DNA from: Anaerostipes sp.
GTDB taxonomy: Bacteria; Bacillota; Clostridia; Lachnospirales; Lachnospiraceae
DNA length: 64,000 nucleotides
Direction: 5' to 3'
Assembly: GCF_018381315.1 (NCBI RefSeq)
Contig: NZ_JAGZSD010000003.1
Coordinates: 135,313 to 199,312, forward strand
In this document: one piece after another, positions 37,107 through 45,631 of the stretch
Numbering within the stretch: position 1 is the stretch's first letter
Layout: every line of letters begins with the position of its first letter
Position numbers and translations under genes: made by a program
The notes under the pieces: model-generated
Databases searched by the model: none
Told to the model about the DNA's origin: nothing
The model's input: only the letters and a program-made list of their open reading frames with translations

Positions 37107-39215
37107 CTATTTTACATATTCTTTTATAAAGGTTTCTGTATCAACCGGTCTGGAAAAATAATATCCCTGTCCGCAGTCACACTGAAACTCCCGGAGAAAC
37201 TCCATCTGCTCCTCTGTCTCAATTCCTTCTGCCGTGGTTTTGGTGTTCCCGAATCCTCTGCACATATAAATAGTAGAACGGACAATAGCTCTGGCCCTTT
37301 CATTGGTCATAATCTCCGAAATAATGCTTTTATCCAGCTTAACCTCATCAAACTTAATGTTGGAGAGCAGCGTGATATTAGAGTATTTCGCACCATAATC
37401 ATCTAAAGAAAGATAGAATCCGGCGTCCTTGATTTTCTGGGCAAGGACTACCAATTCTGTCGTCTTAAGTTTTGAGACAGACTCCGTCACTTCAATACAG
37501 ATCTGGCCTGCATCCACATCATATTTTTTGCAGACTGCCAGGATCCGGTTTACAATATCATACTCTAACAGAGTGACCCTGGAAAAATTCACTGAAATCT
37601 TTCCTATATCATGTCCTTCATCATGCATCTGCCTGATAAGCCTGCAGACACATTCCAGTGCATAGAAGTCAATGTGCCGGATCACTCCCTCTGCCTCATA
37701 CAGCGGAATGAACCGGTCCGGAAAAATCAGTTCTCCGCTGCTGTCCACTCTTCTGATCAGGGCTTCTGCCCCTGAAAGCTCCCCTGTATGAAGATACACT
37801 TTTGGCTGCAGAAACACCTGGTATCTGTCCTGGCGGATATCCTTCAGGACCTGCTCTGCGACGGCAGAATCATGATTATAGCCGCCGTATACTGAGAACT
37901 CATAATACTTTTGTTTATTGGCATACATGAGTTCATCTGCATGATTAATTAATTCATTGATATTTGTGATCTCTTCTTCCCATGTAGTTCCAATAGACGC
38001 ACTGATCTCCCTGTGCTCCTTTACTTTCTTTCTCAGCATAAGTTCCTTGTCCTGAAACTCCTTCCGGCTGATATTCCTGCACAGGACAACAAATTCATCT
38101 CCTCCAATGCGGTAAATCTGCTTCCCGAAAATGGATTCTAAAATCTCTGCTGTGCGGATAATCAGTTTATCGCCGTACTCATGCCCATACCGGTTGTTTG
38201 CAATCTTCAGCCCGTTTAAGTCAACATAGGCTACGCCGATATTGCGGCAGCCGTGGTGCTCAATGTCAAATACCTCTTCCATATACTTATTACGGTTCCA
38301 GAGCCCTGTCAGAATATCTACATAACTCAGATACTCAAGCCTGGCAACCATTCTCCGCTTCTCCAGATCATTGGCAATGAAATAAGTCACAGACTTTAAG
38401 AGATCCGGATTTTCCCGGTTTCTCTTTGGATCATCTACTCCGATAAATCCGCTGAGTTTTCCTCTCTCATACAGAGGAGCCGCCATCAGACTCTTTATCC
38501 CCTGTCTCCTGAGTATTCCATAAGCCTCACTTTCCTGATTCATTTCCTGATCAAGGGAAGAAATAGAAAAGCTTCCGCACTTTTTAAACTGACTGAGCCA
38601 GTTTTCCAGAGCTGACAATGGAACTCCCTGAAGCTGGTCAATTTCACTTGTGATGTTCTTGTCACACCACTCATATGTATTGTTTGCAGTCTTTTGGTCA
38701 TGATCGATCTCAAAAATATAAGTTCTGTCCCCGCCGTAATAATCTGCAATTAATTCCAAAAGCCTGTTGATGGCACAGTCCAAATCCAGCGTGTCATTTA
38801 AAGTTTTGATGCACAGCAAAAGAGTCTCATCCTGTTTTATCTTACTGCCAAGACGCTTTTTCTGACGCTCCTTTTCCGTAATATCTGTCGCGATTTCCAT
38901 CCGGACGTGGTAGCCCGGAGTAAGTTCTATCAGATAATCTGCAATCGCAAAATATCTGTCTAAATATTTGTTATGGCGGATCCACCGGCAGCTTCCCTCC
39001 CAGAGGATTTTTTCATTGGTGCAGAATTCACAGGGTTTTTTCTTTCCCTGAAGAAGCTCATAACACTTCTGCCTTTTATAATCATCTCCGTTGATCTGAT
39101 ACCGTTTTTTCCCTGCCCCGTTGATGTACAGCACTTCATAAGTATCAATGTCACTGACATATATAATGTTGTCCGTACTGTCCAAAATCACTTTTCTGAG
39201 GATGTTATCATTCAT
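37107..39215 (-). CDS. PAS-GAF-GGDEF-EAL c-di-GMP turnover protein (paralogue of 5849..8020)
   Basis: RIGGDEFVVLC, QPKVYLHTGELSGAEALIRR (EAL), and N-terminal CEFCTNEK and NTYEWC motifs shared with the other copy. Confidence 0.85.
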   Translation of the reverse strand: MNDNILRKVILDSTDNIIYVSDIDTYEVLYINGAGKKRYQINGDDYKRQKCYELLQGKKKPCEFCTNEKILWEGSCRWIRHNKYLDRYFAIADYLIELTPGYHVRMEIATDITEKERQKKRLGSKIKQDETLLLCIKTLNDTLDLDCAINRLLELIADYYGGDRTYIFEIDHDQKTANNTYEWCDKNITSEIDQLQGVPLSALENWLSQFKKCGSFSISSLDQEMNQESEAYGILRRQGIKSLMAAPLYERGKLSGFIGVDDPKRNRENPDLLKSVTYFIANDLEKRRMVARLEYLSYVDILTGLWNRNKYMEEVFDIEHHGCRNIGVAYVDLNGLKIANNRYGHEYGDKLIIRTAEILESIFGKQIYRIGGDEFVVLCRNISRKEFQDKELMLRKKVKEHREISASIGTTWEEEITNINELINHADELMYANKQKYYEFSVYGGYNHDSAVAEQVLKDIRQDRYQVFLQPKVYLHTGELSGAEALIRRVDSSGELIFPDRFIPLYEAEGVIRHIDFYALECVCRLIRQMHDEGHDIGKISVNFSRVTLLEYDIVNRILAVCKKYDVDAGQICIEVTESVSKLKTTELVVLAQKIKDAGFYLSLDDYGAKYSNITLLSNIKFDEVKLDKSIISEIMTNERARAIVRSTIYMCRGFGNTKTTAEGIETEEQMEFLREFQCDCGQGYYFSRPVDTETFIKEYVK

Positions 39216-39339
39216 GTATGTTACCTCTTTTGTTTATCTGCATGGTTATATAAAAGCTATTATAGCACATTTTTCCTGAACAAAATATTCCGAATTCAGA
39301 TTGCTGCATAAAGTTTAATATCTTCTTAAAGCCCTGCCG

Positions 39340-39368
39340 TTGCTGTCTTTTTCAGATTCATGTATAAT
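39340..39368 (+). promoter_or_regulatory. Promoter of the fic gene
   Basis: -35 TTGCTG (39340-39345), 17-nt spacer, TG-TATAAT (39361-39368). The ORF-track ATG at 39360 lies inside this -10 box and is rejected as a start. Confidence 0.5.
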
Positions 39369-39410
39369 AGGGTTCCAAACAATAACAGCCAATATCCAGG
39401 AGGAAACATC

Positions 39411-39995
39411 ATGTCAAAATTACAGGAACTGCTCCGACGTGCAGATGCATATAAAGAAATCATACAGAAATCCGGTGTACCGGCAGAAACATATATTAAC
39501 TCTGAATTTAAAACAGCTGATATAACAGAAGATTTTATCAGAAATCTGCACAGGTCTGTATATAACGGAACAGACTCATCACAGGCAGGCCGGTACCGCA
39601 CTTCTGCGGCAGCAGATCCGTCTGAATCTCCCATCCTGCCCTCCCCCAAAGATCTGCCGCGGCTCATGAGCCATTTAGAAAACCAGATCTATTCCTCAAA
39701 GTCCGCCCTTCATCCTGTCGAACTTGCGGCAATGGCACACAAACGCCTGCTTGATATCCATCCTTTTGCAGACGGAAATGAAAAAACAGCAGAAATTTTA
39801 AGGGATGTAATTCTGTCCCGGTCAGGGTACTGTCCTGTCTCAGTACCTTCCGGCAGAAAAAAAGAATTTGCAGATACTCTTGCCTCATCAAGAAAATCCA
39901 GCGATATGGAACCACTGTCAATTCTGACTGCCCAGCTTGTTATAAAGGCTCAGGAAGATTACATCCGAAAACATCAAATATCTCTTACAGAATAA
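39411..39995 (+). CDS. Fic/Doc-family protein with a non-canonical active-site motif HPFADGNEKTAE
   Basis: RBS CAGGAGGAAAC before ATG 39411. Fic-like core (...GRYR..., HPFADGNEKTAEIL) instead of HPFx[DE]GNGRxxR. Confidence 0.7.
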   Translation: MSKLQELLRRADAYKEIIQKSGVPAETYINSEFKTADITEDFIRNLHRSVYNGTDSSQAGRYRTSAAADPSESPILPSPKDLPRLMSHLENQIYSSKSALHPVELAAMAHKRLLDIHPFADGNEKTAEILRDVILSRSGYCPVSVPSGRKKEFADTLASSRKSSDMEPLSILTAQLVIKAQEDYIRKHQISLTE

Positions 39996-40092
39996 ATGTT
40001 TCATGAAAATTGTTTGAAATGATTAAATATTTTCATTTTTTATGTCACAAAGGATGATTCCTGATGTCTAATCAGACAAGGAGGTAACATAC

Positions 40093-40944
40093 ATGATAAA
40101 AAATACAAACGAAGAACTGTCAAAATTAATTGAAGATGCAGCAAACGGCGATAAGGAAGCTCTGGAAGCTGTCATTCTAAGTGTCCGGGATCTGATTTTT
40201 AACCTATCCTTAAGAATGCTGGGAACCTTTGCGGACGCAGAGGATGCCACACAGGACATCATTTTGAAGATCATGACCCATCTGTCCACGTTCAGAAAGG
40301 AAAGTTCTTTTTCCACATGGGTATTCAGCATTTCCAAAAATCATCTGATCAATTATAAAAAACACATGTTTGTCCATGCTCCATTAAGCTTTGAATTTTA
40401 CGGAAATGATATCGAAAATGCTCCGATTCAGGATATTCCTGACCTGACACAAAATGTTGAGGAAGAACTTTTGGCAGAGGAACTGAAAATGTCCTGCACC
40501 AATGTTATGCTTCAATGTCTGGATCCGGAGAGCCGGTGCATCTTCATCCTCGGAACCATGTTTCAGCTGGACAGCCGGACTGCAGGTGAGGTCCTCCATC
40601 TGTCTCCGGAGGCCTACCGCCAGCGTCTGTCAAGAATCCGCCGCAAAATGGCTGATTTTCTTGAGGCTTACTGCGGCGAGTACGGCAGCGGCAAATGCCG
40701 GTGTAAAAACAGAATCAACTATGCAGTCCAGAGCCGGAGGCTGGACCCTTCACATCTGGAGTACACATGCTCCAATGCCGCTTCTGATCAAATCTGCCGT
40801 GACTTTAAAAATGCAATGGAAGATATCGACGGCCTCTCACAGAAATTCTCCTTCTGCAGACTGTATGAATCTCCGGAAAAGGTCAGAGCATTTGTTTCAG
40901 ATTTTCTGGATTCCGTGTCACTTTCTGTCGTAAAAAATTCATAA
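40093..40944 (+). CDS. ECF-type sigma-70 factor with a roughly 95-aa Cys-rich C-terminal extension
   Basis: RBS CAAGGAGGT. Region 2 (DATQDIILKI...FSTWVFSISKNHLINYKK) and region 4 (LDPESRCIFILGTMFQLDSRTAGEVLHLSPEAYRQRLSRIRRKM), then AYCGEYGSGKCRCKNR...YTCS...ICRDF...FCRL. Confidence 0.75.
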   Translation: MIKNTNEELSKLIEDAANGDKEALEAVILSVRDLIFNLSLRMLGTFADAEDATQDIILKIMTHLSTFRKESSFSTWVFSISKNHLINYKKHMFVHAPLSFEFYGNDIENAPIQDIPDLTQNVEEELLAEELKMSCTNVMLQCLDPESRCIFILGTMFQLDSRTAGEVLHLSPEAYRQRLSRIRRKMADFLEAYCGEYGSGKCRCKNRINYAVQSRRLDPSHLEYTCSNAASDQICRDFKNAMEDIDGLSQKFSFCRLYESPEKVRAFVSDFLDSVSLSVVKNS

Positions 40945-40956
40945 AGGAGATATTTC

Positions 40957-41643
40957 ATGAACACAGATATGATATTGACTTATTTATCAGAATTAAGCAA
41001 AAATAACAGCCGTGATTGGTACCATGACCACAAAAAAGAATATAAAGAAGCAAATACCCAGTTTGAATCCTTAGTACAGGAATTGATTTTTAAAATAGGA
41101 GAATTCGACAGCAGCATACTGGACTGCCAGCCAAAAGATCTGACGTTTAAAATTGTCAGGGATACCAGATTCAGCCGCGACAAGACTCCGTATCTTCCGG
41201 CCTTCCGCGCACACATAGGCCCAAAGGGCAAACTCCCTGTGCCTGTGGGCTACTATCTTATGGTTATGCCGGGAAACCGGTCCTTCCTCGGCGGCGGGCT
41301 GTTTGCAGGCATGTTTAAGGATGCGACTGCCATGGTCCGGGACTATATTTCAGAACATCCTGAAGAATGGGAAAAGATTCTCCATTCGGAAGAATTCCAG
41401 CCATACTTTTCGGTACAGGGGATTTCCTTAAAAAATGTTCCCAGCGGATATGACAAAGAACATCCTCAGGCTGAGTATCTGAAATTTAAGAGCTGGTATG
41501 TGGAATACCCGGTCAAAGACACTGATGTTATGGATGCAGATTGTTTTATTTCACACGCTGCAGATATATACAAAAGGATGAAGCCTTTTAATGACTTTCT
41601 TAACAAGGCACTGTCCGAATTTGAGATGCCGAAAAGACCTTAA
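40957..41643 (+). CDS. DUF2461 (TIGR02453) family protein
   Basis: NNSRDWYHDHKKEYKEANTQF signature. RBS AAAGGAGA. Confidence 0.7.
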   Translation: MNTDMILTYLSELSKNNSRDWYHDHKKEYKEANTQFESLVQELIFKIGEFDSSILDCQPKDLTFKIVRDTRFSRDKTPYLPAFRAHIGPKGKLPVPVGYYLMVMPGNRSFLGGGLFAGMFKDATAMVRDYISEHPEEWEKILHSEEFQPYFSVQGISLKNVPSGYDKEHPQAEYLKFKSWYVEYPVKDTDVMDADCFISHAADIYKRMKPFNDFLNKALSEFEMPKRP

Positions 41644-41668
41644 ATTTCCCCCTTGCCCGCTCAGCTGC

Positions 41669-41712
41669 AAAAAGCCGCCTGCCGGAATAACTCCCGGCAG
41701 GCGGCTTTTCTT
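41669..41712. terminator. Bidirectional rho-independent terminator between DUF2461 and vat
   Basis: AAAGCCGCCTGCCGG-AATAACTC-CCGGCAGGCGGCTTT (15-bp stem) followed by TCTT. Confidence 0.8.
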
Positions 41713-41723
41713 AAGCGGTCCTG

Positions 41724-42353
41724 TCATCTCAGCTGTTTCACACAGCCGGATTGTATCGCTTTGATATTTCTTTTAATCTTTTCCTTCGGCCAGTCCCACC
41801 ACTTGACATCAAGCAGAAAAGAGACAGTCTCGTCCGAAAATCTTTTTTTAATGGGCTTTGCTGGAACGCCGCCCACAACCGTATAGGCAGGGACATCTTT
41901 TGTCACCACTGCACGGCTTCCGATCACCGCACCGTCGCCGATATGAACGCCGGCCATGATAACAGCTTCATAACCAATCCATACGTCATTTCCAATGATG
42001 ATGTCTCCTTTGTTATCCCACGAATCAGTCACATCTTCCATCCTGAGATCCCACTCTTCAAAGAAAAGAGGAAAAGGATAGGTGGATAATGATGACATGG
42101 CATGATTGGCACTGTTAAACAGAAACTTTGCACCGCATGCGATGGAACAAAACTTCCCGATCACAAGCCTGTCGCGGTTGACAGGATAGTGGTATAAAAC
42201 ATTGTTTCTCTCAAATAAAACCGGATCATTGACAAAGTCGTTATACATTGTGTAATCTCCGACAATGATATTTGGATCCGTGATCACATTCTTTAAATAT
42301 ATTGTTTCTTTATCTCCCGTGCGGGGATATATTTGTTTCTCTGGAACAGCCAT
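41724..42353 (-). CDS. vat: Streptogramin A O-acetyltransferase (Vat/xenobiotic acetyltransferase, hexapeptide-repeat)
   Basis: 209 aa. [67 protein letters not shown] and [10 protein letters not shown] are close to the VatD/SatA consensus. RBS CAGGAGGA. Confidence 0.85.
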   Translation of the reverse strand: MAVPEKQIYPRTGDKETIYLKNVITDPNIIVGDYTMYNDFVNDPVLFERNNVLYHYPVNRDRLVIGKFCSIACGAKFLFNSANHAMSSLSTYPFPLFFEEWDLRMEDVTDSWDNKGDIIIGNDVWIGYEAVIMAGVHIGDGAVIGSRAVVTKDVPAYTVVGGVPAKPIKKRFSDETVSFLLDVKWWDWPKEKIKRNIKAIQSGCVKQLR

Positions 42354-42470
42354 TTGAAATCCTCCTGTATTCTCATGTTTTCTGCAGCTATTCCAGGAAA
42401 TGCAATACAGCGTTTCAACAGCCTCACTCCTTTTGATTTATTCATACCTTCTTATCATAGCATGAATCTT

Positions 42471-44348
42471 TTACTCTTCAAAGTTTAATTTTAATGCGCG
42501 CATAGAATTCAGAATTGCGATAACTGACACACCCACATCTGCAAAGACTGCCTCCCACATATTTGCCATGCCGAGTGCTCCAAGGGCCAGCACAAGTGCC
42601 TTGACAACCAAGGCAAACACAATATTCTGCTTTACGATACGCAGTGTCTTTCTGGAAATGTGCACAACGGATGCAATCTTTCTTACATCATCATCCATAA
42701 GTACAACGTCTGCAGCTTCAATAGCTGCATCAGATCCCATGCTTCCCATGGCGATGCCGATATCGGCCCTTGTGAGAACCGGTGCATCATTGATGCCATC
42801 TCCGGCAAATGCAAGCTTTTCTTTCTCCCTCTGGCTTTCTAATAAGCGTTCCACCTGGGTCACTTTATCACCCGGGAGAAGTTCAGAATATACCTCATCA
42901 ATCCCAAGCTCTGCAGCCACTGACTCCGCCGCTTCTTTTCTGTCTCCGGTGAGCATGACACATTTCTTCACTCCCACACGCTTCATGCTGCTGATTGCCT
43001 CTTTTGCCCCATCCTTTACCGAATCGGATATGACGATGGCTCCTGCAAATTTACCTTGAACTGCCACGTAGACAACCGTACCCGCCTCAGTGCTGGAAAC
43101 ATACTCTATGTTCTGCTGTTTCATCAGTTTGCTGTTTCCCACTAAGACCTCTTTGCCGTCAATCAAAACACGGATTCCGTGGCCGGCAATTTCTTCTGCA
43201 TCAGACACACGGTTCATATCCAGAGCCTCTGCGTATGCTTCTTTAATAGAACCGGCAATCGGATGGTTGGAATAACCCTCGCCAAGCGCGGCAAGTTCCA
43301 GAAGTTCCTCCTCCCTGCATCCCTGCGGCAGGATATGTGTCACCTTAAATTCACCTTTTGTCAGTGTTCCGGTCTTGTCAAACACGATCGTTGTCATCTC
43401 AGACACTGCTTCCAGATAATTGCTTCCCTTTACCAGCACACCGATCTTGGATGCGGCTCCGATGCCGCCGAAAAATCCCATAGGCACTGAGATAACAAGA
43501 GCGCAGGGGCAGGAAATAACAAGAAAGATACAGGCTCTCTGGATCCATTCACCCCATCCGCCGCCAAACATCAGCGGAGGAAGGACTGCCAGGAGCACTG
43601 CTCCCACGGTCACAACCGGAGTATAATATTTTGCGAATTTGGTAATAAAGTTCTCAACATTTGCCTTCTTGCTGCTGGCATTTTCCACAAGCTCCAGAAT
43701 CTTGGCCACCGTGGAATCTTCAAACTCTTTTGTCACCCTGACTTTTAATGTTCCGCTTCCGTTGACACAGCCGCTGATGATTTCATCACCTTTTGCTGCC
43801 TTTCTGGGGACAGACTCCCCTGTCAGGGCTGCTGTATCAATGAGAGACTCACCCTCTGCCACGACTCCGTCCAGAGGAATCCGCTCACCTGGCTTAACCA
43901 CAATGAAGCTTCCTACTTCCACATCATCCGGATCTACCTGAATAAGCTTTCCGTCTGCCTCTATATTAGCATACTCCGGGCAGATATCCATCATAGCAGA
44001 AATAGACTGGCGGGATTTCCCCACAGCATAGCTCTGAAAAAGTTCTCCAACCTGATAAAAAAGCATAACAGCCACAGCTTCAGAATATTCCTTTACCCCA
44101 AAAGCTCCGAAAGTGGCAATCATCATAAGGAAATTCTCGTCAAAAATCTGTCCGTTGCTGATATTTCTGGCTGCTTTGTAAATAATGTCATAACCGATTA
44201 CTAAATACGGAACCAGATAGATCACGAACAAAATCCATGAACTATTAAGACTGTCAAGCCTTCCTGTGTGCTCCGAAATCATAAGTCCCGCCAGCAAAAG
44301 AAACGCTGTGACAATGCGGATCAGCATTTTTTTGTGTTTTTTTGTCAT
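42471..44348 (-). CDS. cadA: P1B-type heavy-metal (Cd2+/Zn2+-type) translocating ATPase, no fused N-terminal metal-binding domain
   Basis: CPC motif (VISCPCALVISVP), DKTGTLT, TGDRKE and GDGINDAP. 625 aa. Confidence 0.9.
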   Translation of the reverse strand: MTKKHKKMLIRIVTAFLLLAGLMISEHTGRLDSLNSSWILFVIYLVPYLVIGYDIIYKAARNISNGQIFDENFLMMIATFGAFGVKEYSEAVAVMLFYQVGELFQSYAVGKSRQSISAMMDICPEYANIEADGKLIQVDPDDVEVGSFIVVKPGERIPLDGVVAEGESLIDTAALTGESVPRKAAKGDEIISGCVNGSGTLKVRVTKEFEDSTVAKILELVENASSKKANVENFITKFAKYYTPVVTVGAVLLAVLPPLMFGGGWGEWIQRACIFLVISCPCALVISVPMGFFGGIGAASKIGVLVKGSNYLEAVSEMTTIVFDKTGTLTKGEFKVTHILPQGCREEELLELAALGEGYSNHPIAGSIKEAYAEALDMNRVSDAEEIAGHGIRVLIDGKEVLVGNSKLMKQQNIEYVSSTEAGTVVYVAVQGKFAGAIVISDSVKDGAKEAISSMKRVGVKKCVMLTGDRKEAAESVAAELGIDEVYSELLPGDKVTQVERLLESQREKEKLAFAGDGINDAPVLTRADIGIAMGSMGSDAAIEAADVVLMDDDVRKIASVVHISRKTLRIVKQNIVFALVVKALVLALGALGMANMWEAVFADVGVSVIAILNSMRALKLNFEE

Positions 44349-44381
44349 ACTTACAGTCTCCTCTGTATCCGGGTTTCTCTG

Positions 44382-44600
44382 CTACATTAAAATCCTGCAG
44401 TCCGGCTCTACCTTGGCACAGGCACTCACAACCTTCTGCATAATATCATCAAACTGATCGTCATCTGCATTGATTGTCATTTTCTGTGTCATAAAGCTCA
44501 CCGTTGCATCATTCACACCCGGAATTTTTTTAATAGCCTCTTCCATCTTTGCAGCACAGTTTGCACAGTCTAAATCCTCTAATTTAAATTTTTTCTTCAT
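44382..44600 (-). CDS. Heavy-metal-associated (HMA) domain metallochaperone
   Basis: 72 aa with an LDCANCAAKMEEA metal-binding loop (CxxC), as in CadA N-termini. Confidence 0.8.
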   Translation of the reverse strand: MKKKFKLEDLDCANCAAKMEEAIKKIPGVNDATVSFMTQKMTINADDDQFDDIMQKVVSACAKVEPDCRILM

Positions 44601-44623
44601 ACTTATCTTCCTTCCTTTTATGT

Positions 44624-44983
44624 TTATTCCTCAATATGATCTCTTCCCTGGGCAATGATTGTCCTTACATGACCATCTGCCAGTGAATAAAATACTGATT
44701 TCCCTTCTCTCCTGGACTTTACAAGCTTTGCCTGCTTCAGGATCTTTAACTGATGTGAGATCGCAGACTGAGTCATATTAAGAGTCTCAGCCAAATCGCA
44801 CACACAGACCTCAACTTCAAACAGGACAAACAAAATCCTGATTCTTGTAAAATCACCGAATACTTTAAACAGTTCGGCTAAGTCGTGCAGTTCTTCTTCC
44901 TCAGGCATCTTCTCGCTTACGATTTTCAGCAAATCGTCATGTACCTGAAATGTATCACAGCATTCTACGTCATTTACAGCCAA
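44624..44983 (-). CDS. cadC: ArsR/SmtB-family metalloregulator (CadC-like)
   Basis: N-terminal Cys pair (VECCDT), alpha3 site EVCVCDLAETL, HTH SAISHQLKILKQAKLV. TTG start with RBS AGGTGGGAAA. Confidence 0.85.
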   Translation of the reverse strand: MAVNDVECCDTFQVHDDLLKIVSEKMPEEEELHDLAELFKVFGDFTRIRILFVLFEVEVCVCDLAETLNMTQSAISHQLKILKQAKLVKSRREGKSVFYSLADGHVRTIIAQGRDHIEE

Positions 44984-45010
44984 TTTCCCACCTGCTTTCT
45001 TTTATCTTCA

Positions 45011-45066
45011 TTCATATGAACAATTATTCATATGTTTATAATATAACTCTTTTTCCAAAATGTCAA
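45011..45066 (-). promoter_or_regulatory. cadC promoter (-35 TTGACA, 17 nt, -10 TATTAT on the minus strand) with an ArsR/SmtB-type operator CATATGAA-CAATTA-TTCATATG between the -10 and the RBS
   Basis: -35 at 45061-45066 and -10 at 45038-45043 (plus-strand coordinates). 8-6-8 perfect inverted repeat at 45013-45034 containing the palindrome TTCATATGAA. Additional IR TCAATAAAT-N10-ATTTATTGA at 45063-45090 flanks the -35. Confidence 0.5.
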
Positions 45067-45124
45067 TAAATAAGTACATTGATTTATTGATAAATTTTTT
45101 CAGGAAGAATACAGGAATTTTCTA

Positions 45125-45179
45125 CAGAATAAAACAGGAGGATGGACAAGCTGTTATCAACTGCCTGTTCATCCTCCTG
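45125..45179 (-). terminator. Rho-independent terminator after sufU
   Basis: Minus strand CAGGAGGATG-loop-CATCCTCCTG (10-bp stem) followed by TTTTATTCTG. Confidence 0.7.
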
Positions 45180-45199
45180 TAATAAAAGTATCCTGGTAC

Positions 45200-45631
45200 T
45201 TATGCTCCTCCCTGTTTCAGCATTTCTTCCATTGTATGCCAGCCCAGCACTGCACATTTTACTCTCGCAGGCATGTGTCCGATATCTTTAAGCGAAACAG
45301 CTTCTTCAAGATCCTCCATCTCTTCCTCTGAAGCTTTTCCCTGTATCATGCGCAGAAACAGATCTGAAAGTTTGAGCGCCTCTTCTTCTGTCTTCCCTAT
45401 TACCAAATCGAGCATCATATCTGCAGACGCCTGTGACACAGCGCAGCCGCAGCCTTCAAAGGCTCCGTCTATGATACGCCCGTCCTCTGTCCTAAGCTGC
45501 AGGATAATATCATCCCCGCAGCTTGGATTGACACCCTCCAGCACCAGATTGGCATCTTCCAGTTTCTTTTTATTTATAGGGTGCAGATTGTGTTCCGTTA
45601 AAATCTCATTATAAAAGGTCCTGTTGTCCAT
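45200..45631 (-). CDS. sufU: SUF Fe-S assembly scaffold/sulfur acceptor (IscU/NifU-like)
   Basis: NPSCGD, GCGCAVSQAS and PARVKCA motifs. Confidence 0.85.
   Translation of the reverse strand: MDNRTFYNEILTEHNLHPINKKKLEDANLVLEGVNPSCGDDIILQLRTEDGRIIDGAFEGCGCAVSQASADMMLDLVIGKTEEEALKLSDLFLRMIQGKASEEEMEDLEEAVSLKDIGHMPARVKCAVLGWHTMEEMLKQGGA

Noticed and set aside
39360-39410. ORF-track start ATG 39360 for the Fic gene
   Set aside because: That ATG is the ATG of the TG-TATAAT -10 box. ATG 39411 has a canonical RBS (CAGGAGGAAAC).
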